Assembly (NCBI GenBank): GCA_025558095.1
Contig: JAIVFI010000001.1
Coordinates: forward strand, 806,001 to 870,000
DNA: 64,000 nt
From: Hyaloraphidium curvatum SAG 235-1
Lineage: Eukaryota > Fungi > Monoblepharomycota
Reading direction: 5' to 3'
In this document: piece after piece, positions 34,501-45,500 of the stretch
Layout of the letters: every line of letters starts with the position of its first letter
Numbering within the stretch: the first letter of the stretch is position 1
Translations under genes and position numbers: made by a program
Notes under the pieces: generated by a model
What the model was told of the DNA's origin: nothing
What the model saw: the letters and a program-made list of their open reading frames with translations, nothing else
The model's database searches: none

Positions 34501-35633
34501 AGCGCGATCGGGTGCGGCGTCTGCACGACGACCGTGGCCACGAACCGCTCCGGCTCCCACGCCGGGCCGAAAGCCAGCCGGCAAAAGAACCACGGCAGCT
34601 CCTGCCCGTCCACCGACGAGCTCCTCCGCCCGGAGGTGCCGCCGTGGGCTTTCTTGGCCCGCTTGGCCGCCCGCTCGTCGGTCCAGTAGACGGCCGACTT
34701 GGCGCAGAGCTGCCCGTGCACCCCGTCGGCGGACGCCAGCGCCCCCCGCGCGGTGCGGACGAGGTCGGCGTGGGCCAGCTGGCTCGCTGGGATCTGCGAG
34801 AGGGGCAGCTGGGTTGGAGCCAGCAGCTCCGTGAGGGCGTCCTCGAGCCTGCGCGAGGCGGTCGCGCCGACGTCGGCCGCGGGCGGGGGCTCCGGGTCGA
34901 GGGGGTCGAACTCGTCCGCGGCAAAATCAAAGCGGTCCAGGGTGTCGAGGAAGCCGCCCTCCCTCACGGGCTGCGGTGCGACCAGGGCCTCGACGTACCC
35001 CGAGGCGTCGAGGCCCGGCGCCGATGCCTGGGTCGGTCCGTCCTCCGGTGCGGCGGCCGGCACCCAGTTCCACGCGGCAATGAACACGCGGCGGCCGGCC
35101 ATGGTCCCGCCGGCAAAGTCCCAGCACGAAACGGGGGGGGCGCCGACCAGCCTGACGGCCATGCGCACCTCCGAGACGGCGATGCCGCCATCGTCGCCCA
35201 CGCTGGCCTCCGGACGCGAGTCGACCAGCAGCACGCCCGCGGGCCCTGCCTCGAGCGTGCCGACGAGCAGCGGGAAGGGGTCGCCTTGCGGGCGGTGCGA
35301 GGGTGCGCGGGGGTCGCAGTGGGCGAAGCGCCGCGGCCCGCCGGCCAGGAAGTTGCGCAGCGGCGTGTAGCGGTAGCGCAGTGCGGGGGGGCTGGTGGGA
35401 AGCGGCTGCGAGTCGTTGGGTGCCCCGCTGGCCCGGCGGGACGAGGGGATGCGCGGCAGCGGCACCGCGAAGCCGTCCGACACGCGCGGCTCCCGCTTGA
35501 CGGCGGCGGGCGACGGCGTCGGCGGCTGCGACGACGGCACCAGAATATGCGGCGGCGGGCGGTTCTCCATCGCACACCGACGCCCGGGACGGCAGAGTTC
35601 ACTGGGGACGTGGGTACCAGCTTTCGCAGTCAT
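31530..35633 (-). CDS. CTC1: CST complex subunit CTC1-like multi-OB-fold protein (single long ORF; start at 35633 or 35570)
   Basis: 1367-aa ORF; OB-like segments (LVTFRGVLT, LKDATGTLPL, FEGIVVSKEF, DTVTLYLD..VLPG) and C-terminal Zn-ribbon OB CRSC..CPQGC..ASCTVYDGTAEA. Confidence 0.72.
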   Translation of the reverse strand: MTAKAGTHVPSELCRPGRRCAMENRPPPHILVPSSQPPTPSPAAVKREPRVSDGFAVPLPRIPSSRRASGAPNDSQPLPTSPPALRYRYTPLRNFLAGGPRRFAHCDPRAPSHRPQGDPFPLLVGTLEAGPAGVLLVDSRPEASVGDDGGIAVSEVRMAVRLVGAPPVSCWDFAGGTMAGRRVFIAAWNWVPAAAPEDGPTQASAPGLDASGYVEALVAPQPVREGGFLDTLDRFDFAADEFDPLDPEPPPAADVGATASRRLEDALTELLAPTQLPLSQIPASQLAHADLVRTARGALASADGVHGQLCAKSAVYWTDERAAKRAKKAHGGTSGRRSSSVDGQELPWFFCRLAFGPAWEPERFVATVVVQTPHPIALHAALEIGRCYVFRGFIAPAKLAGTGAKALVWKGGTIEEVAAEALVAPSQAFPGPRIKAEPDLQSQFYEPAVRAPRQLVLALQVDSPCPVSQPSQYAPYASPQVPQPSQYVPPSTASQASLPPSSLSASVPAALDPDSHLVTFRGVLTSRMHPRIFLFDRKLPLLLAHRARKSDAVLEDARDGCTVEARGVHALRTPLGTVLAACTYTEFRILSFPARETGPVGPEELTAFAEVPALYPLEKLTGVAGILEAARAVQQLRARHPRAPFLPAPGASEPPPALVPVLKLLGLREVNRDGIATFAWHDGGCPATGGRMEARGELLSVQAVREALRSRTAPAGRSEDGREADAAAGERVPLAEADAASVAAGLGTSPWLVAEVEVDGAGRAMLKDATGTLPLSVRGGFESAWFGSIVAVGKWTGVCEVGEYVRCSREDVVVLHRDPAPYVAEILAKAGFATDGPTSDRTKDWLLYVSDVRPVSIGLAKTAAKVRQTPWCRVEGLAVPVRCGTADLPAPLAFRWDLSGNAMRFRPIMPRGSLCLATGLLLDAPAWGGGPRAARADGNTVVMSLPLGGAGGKDVLGQPSDKELADSSLMRLREVEQHLRRTATDREPRLRQVADVVGDFAHPGKVLFQFGMLQTATAAFEGIVVSKEFRLADPTRPVVALRGQESMFRYGVGTGEPLNRVLCITLRDLKEADTVTLYLDCSNQEWPADVLPGWHVRVVGCAFRSSAAGKVFAYTLPAITAVEAVCFVPAEEQARLQRAAALAKGPMKLADWLLPANAGLRTTALIRCRIRNIWSASIGWKCRSCTCQLFDGTCPQGCEASFYTVHANASCTVYDGTAEATVFMDGVECLMSLLRVRGVVAQKLQDHAARAGEIGFSAAAGQRNQALDGSADLHHLLEPSLEFDRTGLRPEERLLVQCCMRHELVREVLLRVRRYSKPDADGDLTTNVTLGTVSLPLSRGPRLMFKALAVEDVDYGAEALRLVVKLS

Positions 35634-35645
35634 CCATATTGGAAG

Positions 35646-38180
35646 ATGCCCCTCCCGTCGTCATCGATTCGCGCTACATTGGAAAGGAACCGGACGCGCG
35701 ATGCGGCGCTCCGCGAGCACGCCGACGCGCTGCGCGGGGCCGTCGAGGCGGCGGCGGCCGCGCTGGCCGGCGAGCCCTCGCCGCTGTGCTTCGCGGGTGC
35801 CGCGCTCGCGCTCGACGCCGCGGCAAAGGAGCTGCCGCCCGACGGCCGCCGCCGGCTGTCCGCGCAGTTCCGGCTGGCCGCGTCGCTCCATCCCGGCGCG
35901 CACGCCCTCACCCGCTGGGAGGCCGCCGGCCGCGCGTACTTCCGCGCGCTGCTGCGCGTGTTCGCCGAGCTCGAGGGCCGCAGGGCGGACGACGCGCCGG
36001 GCAGCGCAGGCAGGAGGCACGGCAGGCTGAGCCTGCTCGACGGCGGCGACGCGGAGATGCGCGACCACTTCACCCAGAACGACGCGGAGGCGTCGTACGT
36101 GGCCCCGCTGAGCGCCCCCGTGGCCGTGCCGCCGATCGTGCCCATCGGCGCTGCGCGCTCGGGCTCCGGCCTAGACGTGCTCGAGGGCCTGCCCGTCGGC
36201 CTGCCCGACGACGCCTGGGCATCCGCGGACCTATTCGCCGGCCGCTCGACCGCGGAGCTCAACGCGGCCGTCGACTCGTTCCGCGGCATGTGCTCGGCGC
36301 TGGCACGCCTGGGCCTGCTGCGCGAGCTCGAGCCCATCTACTCGGACGTGGCCATGGCCGTCGTGCGCCGCCGCGTGCTGTCCGAGTGCGCGGGCCGCTT
36401 CGAGGGGGAAAAGGTGCTCGACCGCACCGTCGCGTGGGTGCTCCGCGTCGCGCACCCCTGGATCCGCGAGGTCGTCGCCGGCAGCACCGCCAACCCGGAC
36501 TCGGCCGCCACCCGGCGCGACCTCAACGCGTGGCGCAACCGCCTCGTGTTCCACGCCATGCGCGAGTTCGCCGCCCTGCGCATCTCCGAGATCTTCGACC
36601 TCGTCGTCGCCTTCCCCGACTCTCGCCCCGCGCTGCAGGATCTCCGCCGCGCCCTCGACGGCACCGAGACCCGCCCGCTGCTGGCCTCGACCCTGCGCTC
36701 GGTGCTGCACCGCCGCCTGCTGCACCAGGGCGCGCAGACCCGCGACGTGCTCGAGTGGTACATCAAGGCCATCCGCGCCATGCGCATCCTGGACCCGCGG
36801 GGGATCGTGCTCGCGCAGTGCGGCGCCGGCGTGCGGAGGTACCTGCGCTCGCGCGAGGACACGGTCAGGTGCATCATCACCGCCATCCTCGACGACGCCT
36901 CGGGCGAGACGTTCGCGTCCGAGGGCCCGGCGAACCCGCCGCAGGAGCCCGGCGATCGGGGGGGCGAGGAGGAGCAGGAGGACGACGCGCCGCCCGAGGA
37001 CTGGAACGACCCGGCGTGGGAGCCCGCGCCGGTCGAGGCCGACGCCGCAACGCTGGCAGAGACCAAGCACGCCGCGGACATCATGGCCACGCTCATTTCC
37101 ATCTACGACAGCAAGGAGGTCTTTATCCGCGAGTTCCAGACGCTGCTGGCCGACAGGCTGCTGGCCGTGCGGGGCTACGACGCAGAGAGGGAGGTGCGGA
37201 ACCTCGAGATGCTCAAGCTGCGCTTCGGCGAGGGGGCGCTTGCGTCCTGCGAGGTCATGGTCAAGGACCTCGCCGACTCCAAGAGGCTCGACGCGATCTT
37301 GCACCGCAGCGCGGTCCTCCCCACCGGGGTGCGTTGCTCTTGCCGCCTCGTAAATCGTCCGGAGCTGGCGGTTATGCTCACACCTCCCGTCGCCCAGGTG
37401 CCCGTCCACTCAATGGTGCTCTCACGCCTCTACTGGCCCACCTTCCGCGAGGACTGCGACGACGAGCCGCTCAAGCTGCCCGAGCCGGTGGAGCGGACGC
37501 TGGCGGGCTACGCCAAGGGTTTCTCGAGCTACAAGGCCAGCCGCTCGCTCTCTTGGAAGCCGCAGCTGGGATCGGTGGACCTGGAGCTGGAGATGGCGGA
37601 CGGGAGGGTGCTCGAGTTTTCGGACCTGACGCCCCTGCAGGCGACGCTGATCCACTGCTTCCAGGAGCGGCCCCAGTGGTCGCTCGAGGAGCTGGCCGAG
37701 ACCACGGCGGTGGATGCCGACACCCTGCGGCGCAAGATTGGGTTCTGGGTCGGCCACGGGCTGGTGCGGGAGAAGCGGTCCGAGCCGGGCGTGTTCCTCC
37801 TGGTCGAGGACGCCGGGACGGCGGCCAGCACGCCGCGCGAGAGCCTGGGGTCGCGGGAGGGCGCATCACCGCCCCTGGCGGGCCGCGCCAGGGCGCTGGA
37901 CTTCGAGCGGCGGATGCGGCGGCTGTCGGGCGAGGGCGGCGAGGCCAAGAAGGACGCGGGTGCGCAGCAGGGGATCGAGGACATGCGCCCGTACTCCAAG
38001 TTCGTGCTCGGGATCCTGCGGAACCTGGGCGCGATGCCGGCGGAGCAGATCCACACGCGGCTGACCCCGTTCTACAACCCGCCGCGGGCGCTGGCGGACA
38101 CGAAGCGGCTGTTGGACGTGATGCTCGTCGAGGACAACGTCGATCTTGCGGGAGGACTCTACAGCTTCAAGAAGTTGTAA
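35646..38180 (+). CDS. APC2: Anaphase-promoting complex subunit 2 (cullin), one in-frame 69-nt intron at 37329-37397
   Basis: RLLHQGAQTRDVL, YLRSREDTVRCII, WEPAPVEA, LISIYDSKEVFIREFQTLLADRLL, LKLRFGE..CEVMVKDLADSKR, C-terminal winged helix. Confidence 0.95.
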   Translation: MPLPSSSIRATLERNRTRDAALREHADALRGAVEAAAAALAGEPSPLCFAGAALALDAAAKELPPDGRRRLSAQFRLAASLHPGAHALTRWEAAGRAYFRALLRVFAELEGRRADDAPGSAGRRHGRLSLLDGGDAEMRDHFTQNDAEASYVAPLSAPVAVPPIVPIGAARSGSGLDVLEGLPVGLPDDAWASADLFAGRSTAELNAAVDSFRGMCSALARLGLLRELEPIYSDVAMAVVRRRVLSECAGRFEGEKVLDRTVAWVLRVAHPWIREVVAGSTANPDSAATRRDLNAWRNRLVFHAMREFAALRISEIFDLVVAFPDSRPALQDLRRALDGTETRPLLASTLRSVLHRRLLHQGAQTRDVLEWYIKAIRAMRILDPRGIVLAQCGAGVRRYLRSREDTVRCIITAILDDASGETFASEGPANPPQEPGDRGGEEEQEDDAPPEDWNDPAWEPAPVEADAATLAETKHAADIMATLISIYDSKEVFIREFQTLLADRLLAVRGYDAEREVRNLEMLKLRFGEGALASCEVMVKDLADSKRLDAILHRSAVLPTGVRCSCRLVNRPELAVMLTPPVAQVPVHSMVLSRLYWPTFREDCDDEPLKLPEPVERTLAGYAKGFSSYKASRSLSWKPQLGSVDLELEMADGRVLEFSDLTPLQATLIHCFQERPQWSLEELAETTAVDADTLRRKIGFWVGHGLVREKRSEPGVFLLVEDAGTAASTPRESLGSREGASPPLAGRARALDFERRMRRLSGEGGEAKKDAGAQQGIEDMRPYSKFVLGILRNLGAMPAEQIHTRLTPFYNPPRALADTKRLLDVMLVEDNVDLAGGLYSFKKL

Positions 38181-38263
38181 CCATGGTTAACTGTCACATG
38201 GAATGAATTGTCGGGTATAGGCAGGAGAGACAAAGTTGGTGGATGGGGAGGCCCGCTACAGCC

Positions 38264-39314
38264 TCAGTCGAACGAATCGGTAGTGTTGGTTTCCTTGACC
38301 GAAAGGACTTCCAGCATCCCCTTGCCCTTGGTCTCGGCCTGTATCAGTTCGTGAAGAATCTTGAACGAGCCGGGGTCGATGAGGGCAATCTGCGGAGCAG
38401 TTGAAGGGACGGTCAATACCCGAACCATCCTCAACAACGGAGCGCGAACCATCTCGTAATCGTCCCCCATTTCCTCGTCTTCAATCTCCGCCGTGGCTGC
38501 GTGCAGCTTCTCCTTTATCCGCTTGGCGTCCTTCGGCGGCATCACCACCTTGACCTTCATCTGCGCGCGTTCGATTGGCAGCGTCTTGGCCTCCTTCAGG
38601 GCCTTGATCAGCTCCAGCGCCTGCTGCTTCGCCGTCCGGTTCGGATTGACCGAGAAATGCAGGTCCGCCATGGCGCTCTCGATCATGGTGACCGTGTAAG
38701 GCCGGCGCGTCTCGGGGTTCACGCAGCGGTCCGCCACGGTCGTGGCAATGTCCCTGTACAGCAGAGATAGCTGCGCGCTGCGCTCCTTGTCGCCGACCTG
38801 GAGCTCTCCCTTCTTCAGAATCTGCACGGGGAAATCGGTCGTCGGCCAGGGTGCAAAGAGATTCCAAGGGGCCGAACCTCGAGAAGGATCTTGCCCTCAT
38901 CTTCCGTCCCGAAAGCCTTCTGCAGGTCCTCTGCGTTGGCAACCTGGCCCTTGGAGACGTTCAGGAAGATCTTCTGGATCTGCACGACGTTGTCCAGGTC
39001 GGTCTCCCTGCGGGCCATCGCGTTGGGAGACGCCCGACGATGCGTGCAGCCCATGGCAGAATCCTACACGCCGTTCCTCCATTCGAGAACTTTGTTCTTG
39101 TAGCAGGCGATTTCAAAGCGCTTGCCACCTTTCTTGTGTCGCACGATGGCGCTGGAGCGTGCGGCACCAAAGATGCCCACGTTGCGTGTTCCGTTTCCCA
39201 CCAACCGGGCGACGGATCCGAGCATCAACGGGGCATCGAGGCATCGTACGGAACCGCAACGCACACATTGGTGAGCTTAAGCTGGTTTATTGGAGTGAAT
39301 ATGTGCGAGCCCAT
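38264..39314 (-). CDS. SDO1: Ribosome maturation factor Sdo1/SBDS, spliced
   Basis: [79 protein letters not shown]. Confidence 0.96.
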
Positions 39315-39501
39315 CGCGTGTTTTCGCGGGGGTGGAAGCCCTGAGCGACGCCCACCCCACTCATCCTTGCCCCGGGGGTCCATGACAGTTGGTATCTCAT
39401 CGTGATTCCAAAGCACATTACAAAAAGTTCAGAGAAAGATGATCGCAAAATGGACAAAGGAGGTATCATCTGCGGGAGCGGTTCCGAAGTCGAGCTCACG
39501 T

Positions 39502-42500
39502 TCACTCGCGGCGCCGGGAGATCTCCAGCTGGGAGATGGAGAGCTCCAGCTTCGAGAAGAACGAGGACACGTCTGCCGGCTTGGCCTTCAGCCCGTGAAG
39601 AATGGCCTTCAGCTCCGTCCCCGCGAGGTTGCGATAGACGACCGTGATGTCGGTATCGGTCCGGCGAACCGACCGGATGTCTGGTCGCAATGGGTCGCGA
39701 TCGTGAGACACCTCCCAAAGGTGGGCGCACGAGACGCACCTGCAAGTGCGGCATTCCATTCGGGCGTCGCATAGTCGACCTTGCCGACAATCAAGTGCTG
39801 ATCGGACAAGAGAGCCAGCTTCTTGTGCTCGAGCTCTAAAATACCAATTGCGGTGAGCAAAGCGCGCAGCCACCCAACGAGAACCCTACCCATGTCCGCT
39901 ACGGGGTAATCGCCCATGAAATCCGACCCAAAGGAGCGCAAACGGCTGAGAGCGCGAGCCTGCCTTTCATCGTAGGGCTGGAGGGCGCGGACAGTTACAG
40001 AATGAACTGCGTAGACGGGCTCGTTGTACCCACGCGAAGGATCTTGTCCTTGCCGATGAACCGCGGCAGCCGTATCCTATCTATCTCTGCGGCGTCCGTC
40101 GTTGTCGACTTGATGCCTTTCGATGACAAAGTGAACGAGGTCGGCATAACCAGGAAAAGCGTCCCTCACCTTCAAACAGCTGATTGCTAACATCAAAGAC
40201 TCCGACGAGAGGTTTGGCAAACAATCTGGTCCCCGGCCATCAACAGTGGTACACGAACGAACGGACGGCATTGCTTACCCCAACACGCCTTTCCCCACCC
40301 CAGACACGAACCCAATGGCGCTGTCCTGTTGCGCTCCTTCGATTGGTTTCGTCTAGGCAGAAGCGTGTCAGATTGAATCGCGCCGGCAGGCCAGAGGAAC
40401 GCACGAAAACGCCTGCCACGCCGCTTGCCACCGAGCCACCAAGGTATTTCAACCCGGAACCGACTCCGCTGAGCGTGTTCTTCGGCCGATTTCGTCTGGA
40501 ATGGCGAATCAGTGTCGGCTTGGGTACTTTGACCACAGCCTGAGCCTTACTTTGACCGGTATGCTGAGCGGCGAGCAACAAACTTGAAAGTGCTTCGTTA
40601 GAAGCATGCTGTGCCCATTCTGAAACATAGACTTACGTCGTCATCCATCGTAACCACAGCGAGACCTTCGACGCAGTCGTCAGCAAAGCGCCCTCGAAGA
40701 CGACCGTCACGCATTCACCTTTGCCAAAGCTCCCCGTGACCTTCGAAAAGGTGTCGCTGAAGCCGTAGACCGTCTTGCGAGCGAAGCTCTTCGCTCCCTT
40801 GACGAAACCAGTGCCGAAGTCTTCCGGTCGGTCGAAAGAAAAGCCTTGCAATGGCTCATAGAACACTGTTGTACCGGATCAGCGGCCAGCACAATCGCAG
40901 CAACGACGGCCGCCACGCACTATCAACGACGCCCGAACTAACAGTGTTGAACAGTCCAACTGGGTTCCCGAGGAAGTCGGCCGAGCCGATGATGCGGTGA
41001 ATCTGGCGACTGCGAGTTGACAACCGCAGCCAGGCAGCGCGCTAGCTTCAAAGCTCACCTGACCCATCACTTCCTGGTAGTAGCGCTGCTTGAGCAATTC
41101 CAGGAGCTGGCCGTAGGTTTCGCGGGCATTCTGCAGCAAAACGCCCTGGCGACGAAAGACAATTAGGGTCGAACGGGGTGCCTTGCGACAACGATACTTG
41201 CATTGAGCTGCAGCGCCGCATCCTGCCGATGTGATAGTTGGACCTCAAAGAACGCAACTTCGCCGGACGCGGTGACTCACGTGTACATTGCCGACGGTGT
41301 GGGTCAGCACATCAAGCATCAATGCCACCATGCTCCTCGATCGCCTGCGAACCGTCAATCAGCGACGAACTGCCCCAGCCGACGTGCTTATCCAACCTTT
41401 CTTCCGTATCGGCCCGTTCCGTACGAGTGAAGGAAAGGTTGACTTTGACGGGACCTAGGTGGAAGGACTCGAAGAAACTGTGCAGAGTGAGCGATGTGCG
41501 GGGGCCGCTACGCAGGATCACTGACAGTTTGCCGTCCCCCGAACCCGCTGGTTCCGGCATCACTAGGGCTTCTTCGAACGAGCCGCTGGCAAACGACTGT
41601 GAATCTCAATCACCAGAACAGCTTGGACTGGCACTCACTCCTCAGTCTCGGAACGGACCGTTGCAAACTTCGAGAATAGGAGGAGCATCCTCAACAGGTC
41701 CTCGTCCAGCTCGAGCGACACCTCCTGCAAGGCAACCTTCAAGACTTTGTAGTAATCGACGCCGTACGCTGACACGAAATCGAGTTAGGTCCTGCTGGGA
41801 CACATGAAATGGGCGAACCAACATGTGTCCTTCAGATGCACGAGAAGCATCTTCAGCAAGGGAGGTTGCGTGTCGTCGATTTCCTTGGAGATTTGCGTGG
41901 GGTAGAGCACGATAGACTCGACGCTGTCCGGCAAATCGTTGTCGATCTGCGAAGGAGATGAGTACAGAGCGCACATTCATGCGAGCGAACCAACCTGCCA
42001 CCACCCGATGCTCAAGTCGTAAGATGCATCAATCTGTCTGTCCATGTACACGAGCCTGGTCAGTTGGAAGCTGGTGTAAAGAATCTCCTGCAAGACAGAT
42101 GAGCGGGAGGCAGCTTGCCGCAAGCACAGCGGCTGACCTGCATGTCGCTGTTGATTATGGAGAAGCCAATGAAGCTCAAATCGACGATGAACTTGAACAA
42201 GACGGGGTTCTGGATGTCGACCTGAACCACCCAGATGAGGCAAGAGTCGAACTAGTACGGAGGCTGCAAACCTACCGCCTCGAAAGCCTCTTCGGCTTTC
42301 TGGCCGTTCTGCGGGGTCACCCTGCCATCCCCGGCTTCGACAGCCGCCGGGCTCTTCGCTCCAGCGACTGCATCTCCGGGCCTTGTTCTGGCGATTTGGT
42401 AAATGCTCCCCTCGGGACTCCAGTCCGAGAGCTTAACCAGGGTGGTCGGACCGGCCGCGCGAACCTCGACCGACATCGATCCGGTGCGGCCATTTCGGAG

Positions 42501-45500
42501 CTGGTTCCCAGAGGCATTAGACGTGCCCATCTTCCATGCTGCGTGAGCAATCACCGTGTAGCCGAACGGCTTTTGCGGCCCAATCTCCGTGACGTTCATC
42601 TCCCTCTTCGTGGTACCGATCTCGATCATAAGCACCTTTTGCTCTACCGACGGCGAGTCCCAGGCATACGGGAGCGATGCCCCTTTCGGGATTTGGTACG
42701 CATTGTTGACCGACTAGATGCCCAACGTAAGCTCCAACTAGCTTCGCTTTCGTGCGGTCGCTCACGTATTGGTAGATCTTGACGTCGACGCTGCTCGAGT
42801 TCTGGATTTGGAAAGGCCAACGGCCTTCCTCGCGGCTAACGATGCCGAAGAATGCCAGCACGTCAATGCACGACTTCGAAAGCGCTTCGGAGCACTCGCC
42901 TGAACGTGATGTAGATCGTAGCGTCCACCAAAGAGGCTTCCATTCGGATGAGATCTTCCGCCTCGCTGCCCATGCGGCCGGTCTTGATGTAGGTCGTGCC
43001 AATGTCCTCGACCCTGACAGGTTGCGACCACTGGTACATGGTCCCCGCAAGACGCACACAGAAGAGAAGCCTTTCCTTCTCGTCCTTGCGCTGCTTGCTG
43101 AATGACCACGAAGCCATGCGGGGTCATCCGATCGGTGCAAAGGCGCGACACTGGGGCCACGTACAAGTTGATGATCGGCGTGCGTTCCCGGGAGCGCACG
43201 AGGACCGCATCCACAGTGCCATGCTGACGGCACTGCAGATCCATCTCAAGGTTGTTCTGCAGCTCATTGGTCAGCGCCTGCCTGAGGCTCGCCCCGATCC
43301 ACCAACCTTGACTACAAATCGTGGAGAGAAAGTGACAACCCGAGTTAGGTAGTACTGCAGGCGCACGAATCAACTCCGAAGCTGGACGAAAGCAGGCGAC
43401 GACCGACCTTGCCCTCTCCCTCCTTGACGGACACTCCAACTGCGAGACCACGTCAGTTCGTGCGCACACAACCTGGCAAAGGACCGTACCGTGAGCTTCT
43501 ACCCCTTTCGCGGAATTTGAAATGTCCACGGCGTACGAACTTCCGACCGGGTCAAAGCCCACGGGCTGCGAATGCGCGTAAGTACAGAAGTGGATCCCGT
43601 CTCGGTCGAAACAGACGTAGCTCCAGTCCGAATCACCTATCTTAATGACAGCACGGCTGCTTGGCTCTTCGAATTCGGGGAACGAGAACATGAACGGCGC
43701 CGACCCTTGCTCTGGCTTGTCGGAACCCGCAGTGTAATCGCGCATGCCGCCCTTGGACTTGACCTGGATTCCCAAGCCCGTGTAGTTGATCATGACGTAC
43801 GGGCTGTAGAGGACAACTTTAGTTCCTTTTCCGCGAGACTCGCTGCAAGTAACCGAGACGTCAGTAAGGGCGGAAGGATCTCCAAGCAGACCAACATGTA
43901 TTTCAAACGCAGGAGGAGCTGCCGCCCCTGCGTGTCCTTCATCCGTATCTTGTCGTCTCGGAAGTTGATCTCGGTGTTGCTCAGGATCGCAACATCGGCA
44001 ATAGTATGGCCTGCGGACAAATCAGCTCCCACAAATATGCTGGTGTCCGCAACCCACCGGTGTCCGGTATCTCGAACTTGAGTGCCAAAGCGTCCGTAGG
44101 TTCCACCGTGTGGATAGGGCTTATCTTGCCCCGGCGCAAGGTCTAGGGATCATTAATCAACCACGGAGGACACGCTGTACGCGCGGAAGCTTCGTGACTC
44201 ACTTCGTGGAACTCTTGCGAGGTCGTCCGCACGTAGAGCGTGTACCTAATGTCGTACGGGAGAAGGTTCTCCAGTTCCATTGGGGGTGCGATGTTGATCC
44301 GCACTTCGGGATACGTGTCCCTGGAAAGTGATGCTGAGCCTCTGATCGGCGCCGCCAAACCCCTGTAGAACTTACTTGGGATCCGTGAAGAACTTCGAGA
44401 AGATGGAGAACCGGAACATGGGTGCCCTGCGGTCCATCGGCTTGCACGTCAGTCGGGGACTGGGCCCGGCGCGTTTCAGTGAGCTCCAGTTGACGATTTC
44501 GTTGCTGAAGTTGTATCCGAAAACCTCTGGGACGCGTGGAGCATGTGAGCGTGCCCATGTCGTCGGATGTGGGTGCTCACCGTCGGGCCTGACCTGGAAC
44601 GAGCTATCGTACGCAACGAGTATCGGAACAGCGAACTCCGTCCCAGGCGCTGACACGCCGTCAATTGCATGGCAGTGTACGCTTCGCGGAATCTCCCACC
44701 GATCCTGTACGTTCCCCGAGGTTCCCGCGTGGCGGATGAGAAGAGCGCCACCTCGATCCCGACGAAGCAATCGTTCTTGATCACGAAAGTCGACCGCAGG
44801 GTGACGTACTTGATGTTCTCCTTGAGCTGGACGTCCACTGCCATCCGGTACGCAACGTTCTTGATCTTTGGCCGGAGCAAGTAGGACGTGGTCCCTTCCG
44901 AATTGACCGAGAGCGATTTGAGCGTCTCCCACTGCGCTAAAGGAGTCGTTATCTGGACACATAGCAGGTTCGCCGAAGATGCCTGAATCTGGTGGGCCGG
45001 CGTTTGAGCAGGGCAAAGCGGCTGTTCCCCGGCCTCGTACCTCGCGCATTCTCCTGGAATCGACAAACTTGAACTTGTGGTCCGTGTTGTTGGGAAGGTC
45101 CTTGAGCACCGTGGCCGTGCCGTCGTTGCTTTCGGACACCGTCTCGGACCAAAAGACGAGGTCGTAACCCGTCCGGTTTCGGATGACAAAGGGCGCATGC
45201 ACGGATCGTCCCCGCGTCAGATTGCGCTGCAACGGGAATTATAAAGGAGGCTCGTGAACAAGCGCAGCAATGGAGGATCGGAAACGCTCACTTCAGTCAT
45301 GTTGCCGATCGAACGTAGGGTCAGCGACAGCGTTTCGAGGAAGATCTGGGAGAAGTTGATGTCGAGTTTGCTTGACGAGGTGAAGGAAAATTCCATAGCA
45401 CCAGAAGGGTCGGCCCGTGACATCTGACGGGCGTGAGACACCAACCGACAAAGAGAGCAAAGCGCATGGCTACCTGGACGGAGCATTTCCACGGTTCCAC

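Noticed and set aside
34497-35645. N-terminal extension of the 1227-aa ORF (and the 855-aa ORF 35639-38206)
   Set aside because: Antisense or alternate-frame shadows of GC-rich CTC1 and APC2; the plausible APC2 ATG is at 35646.
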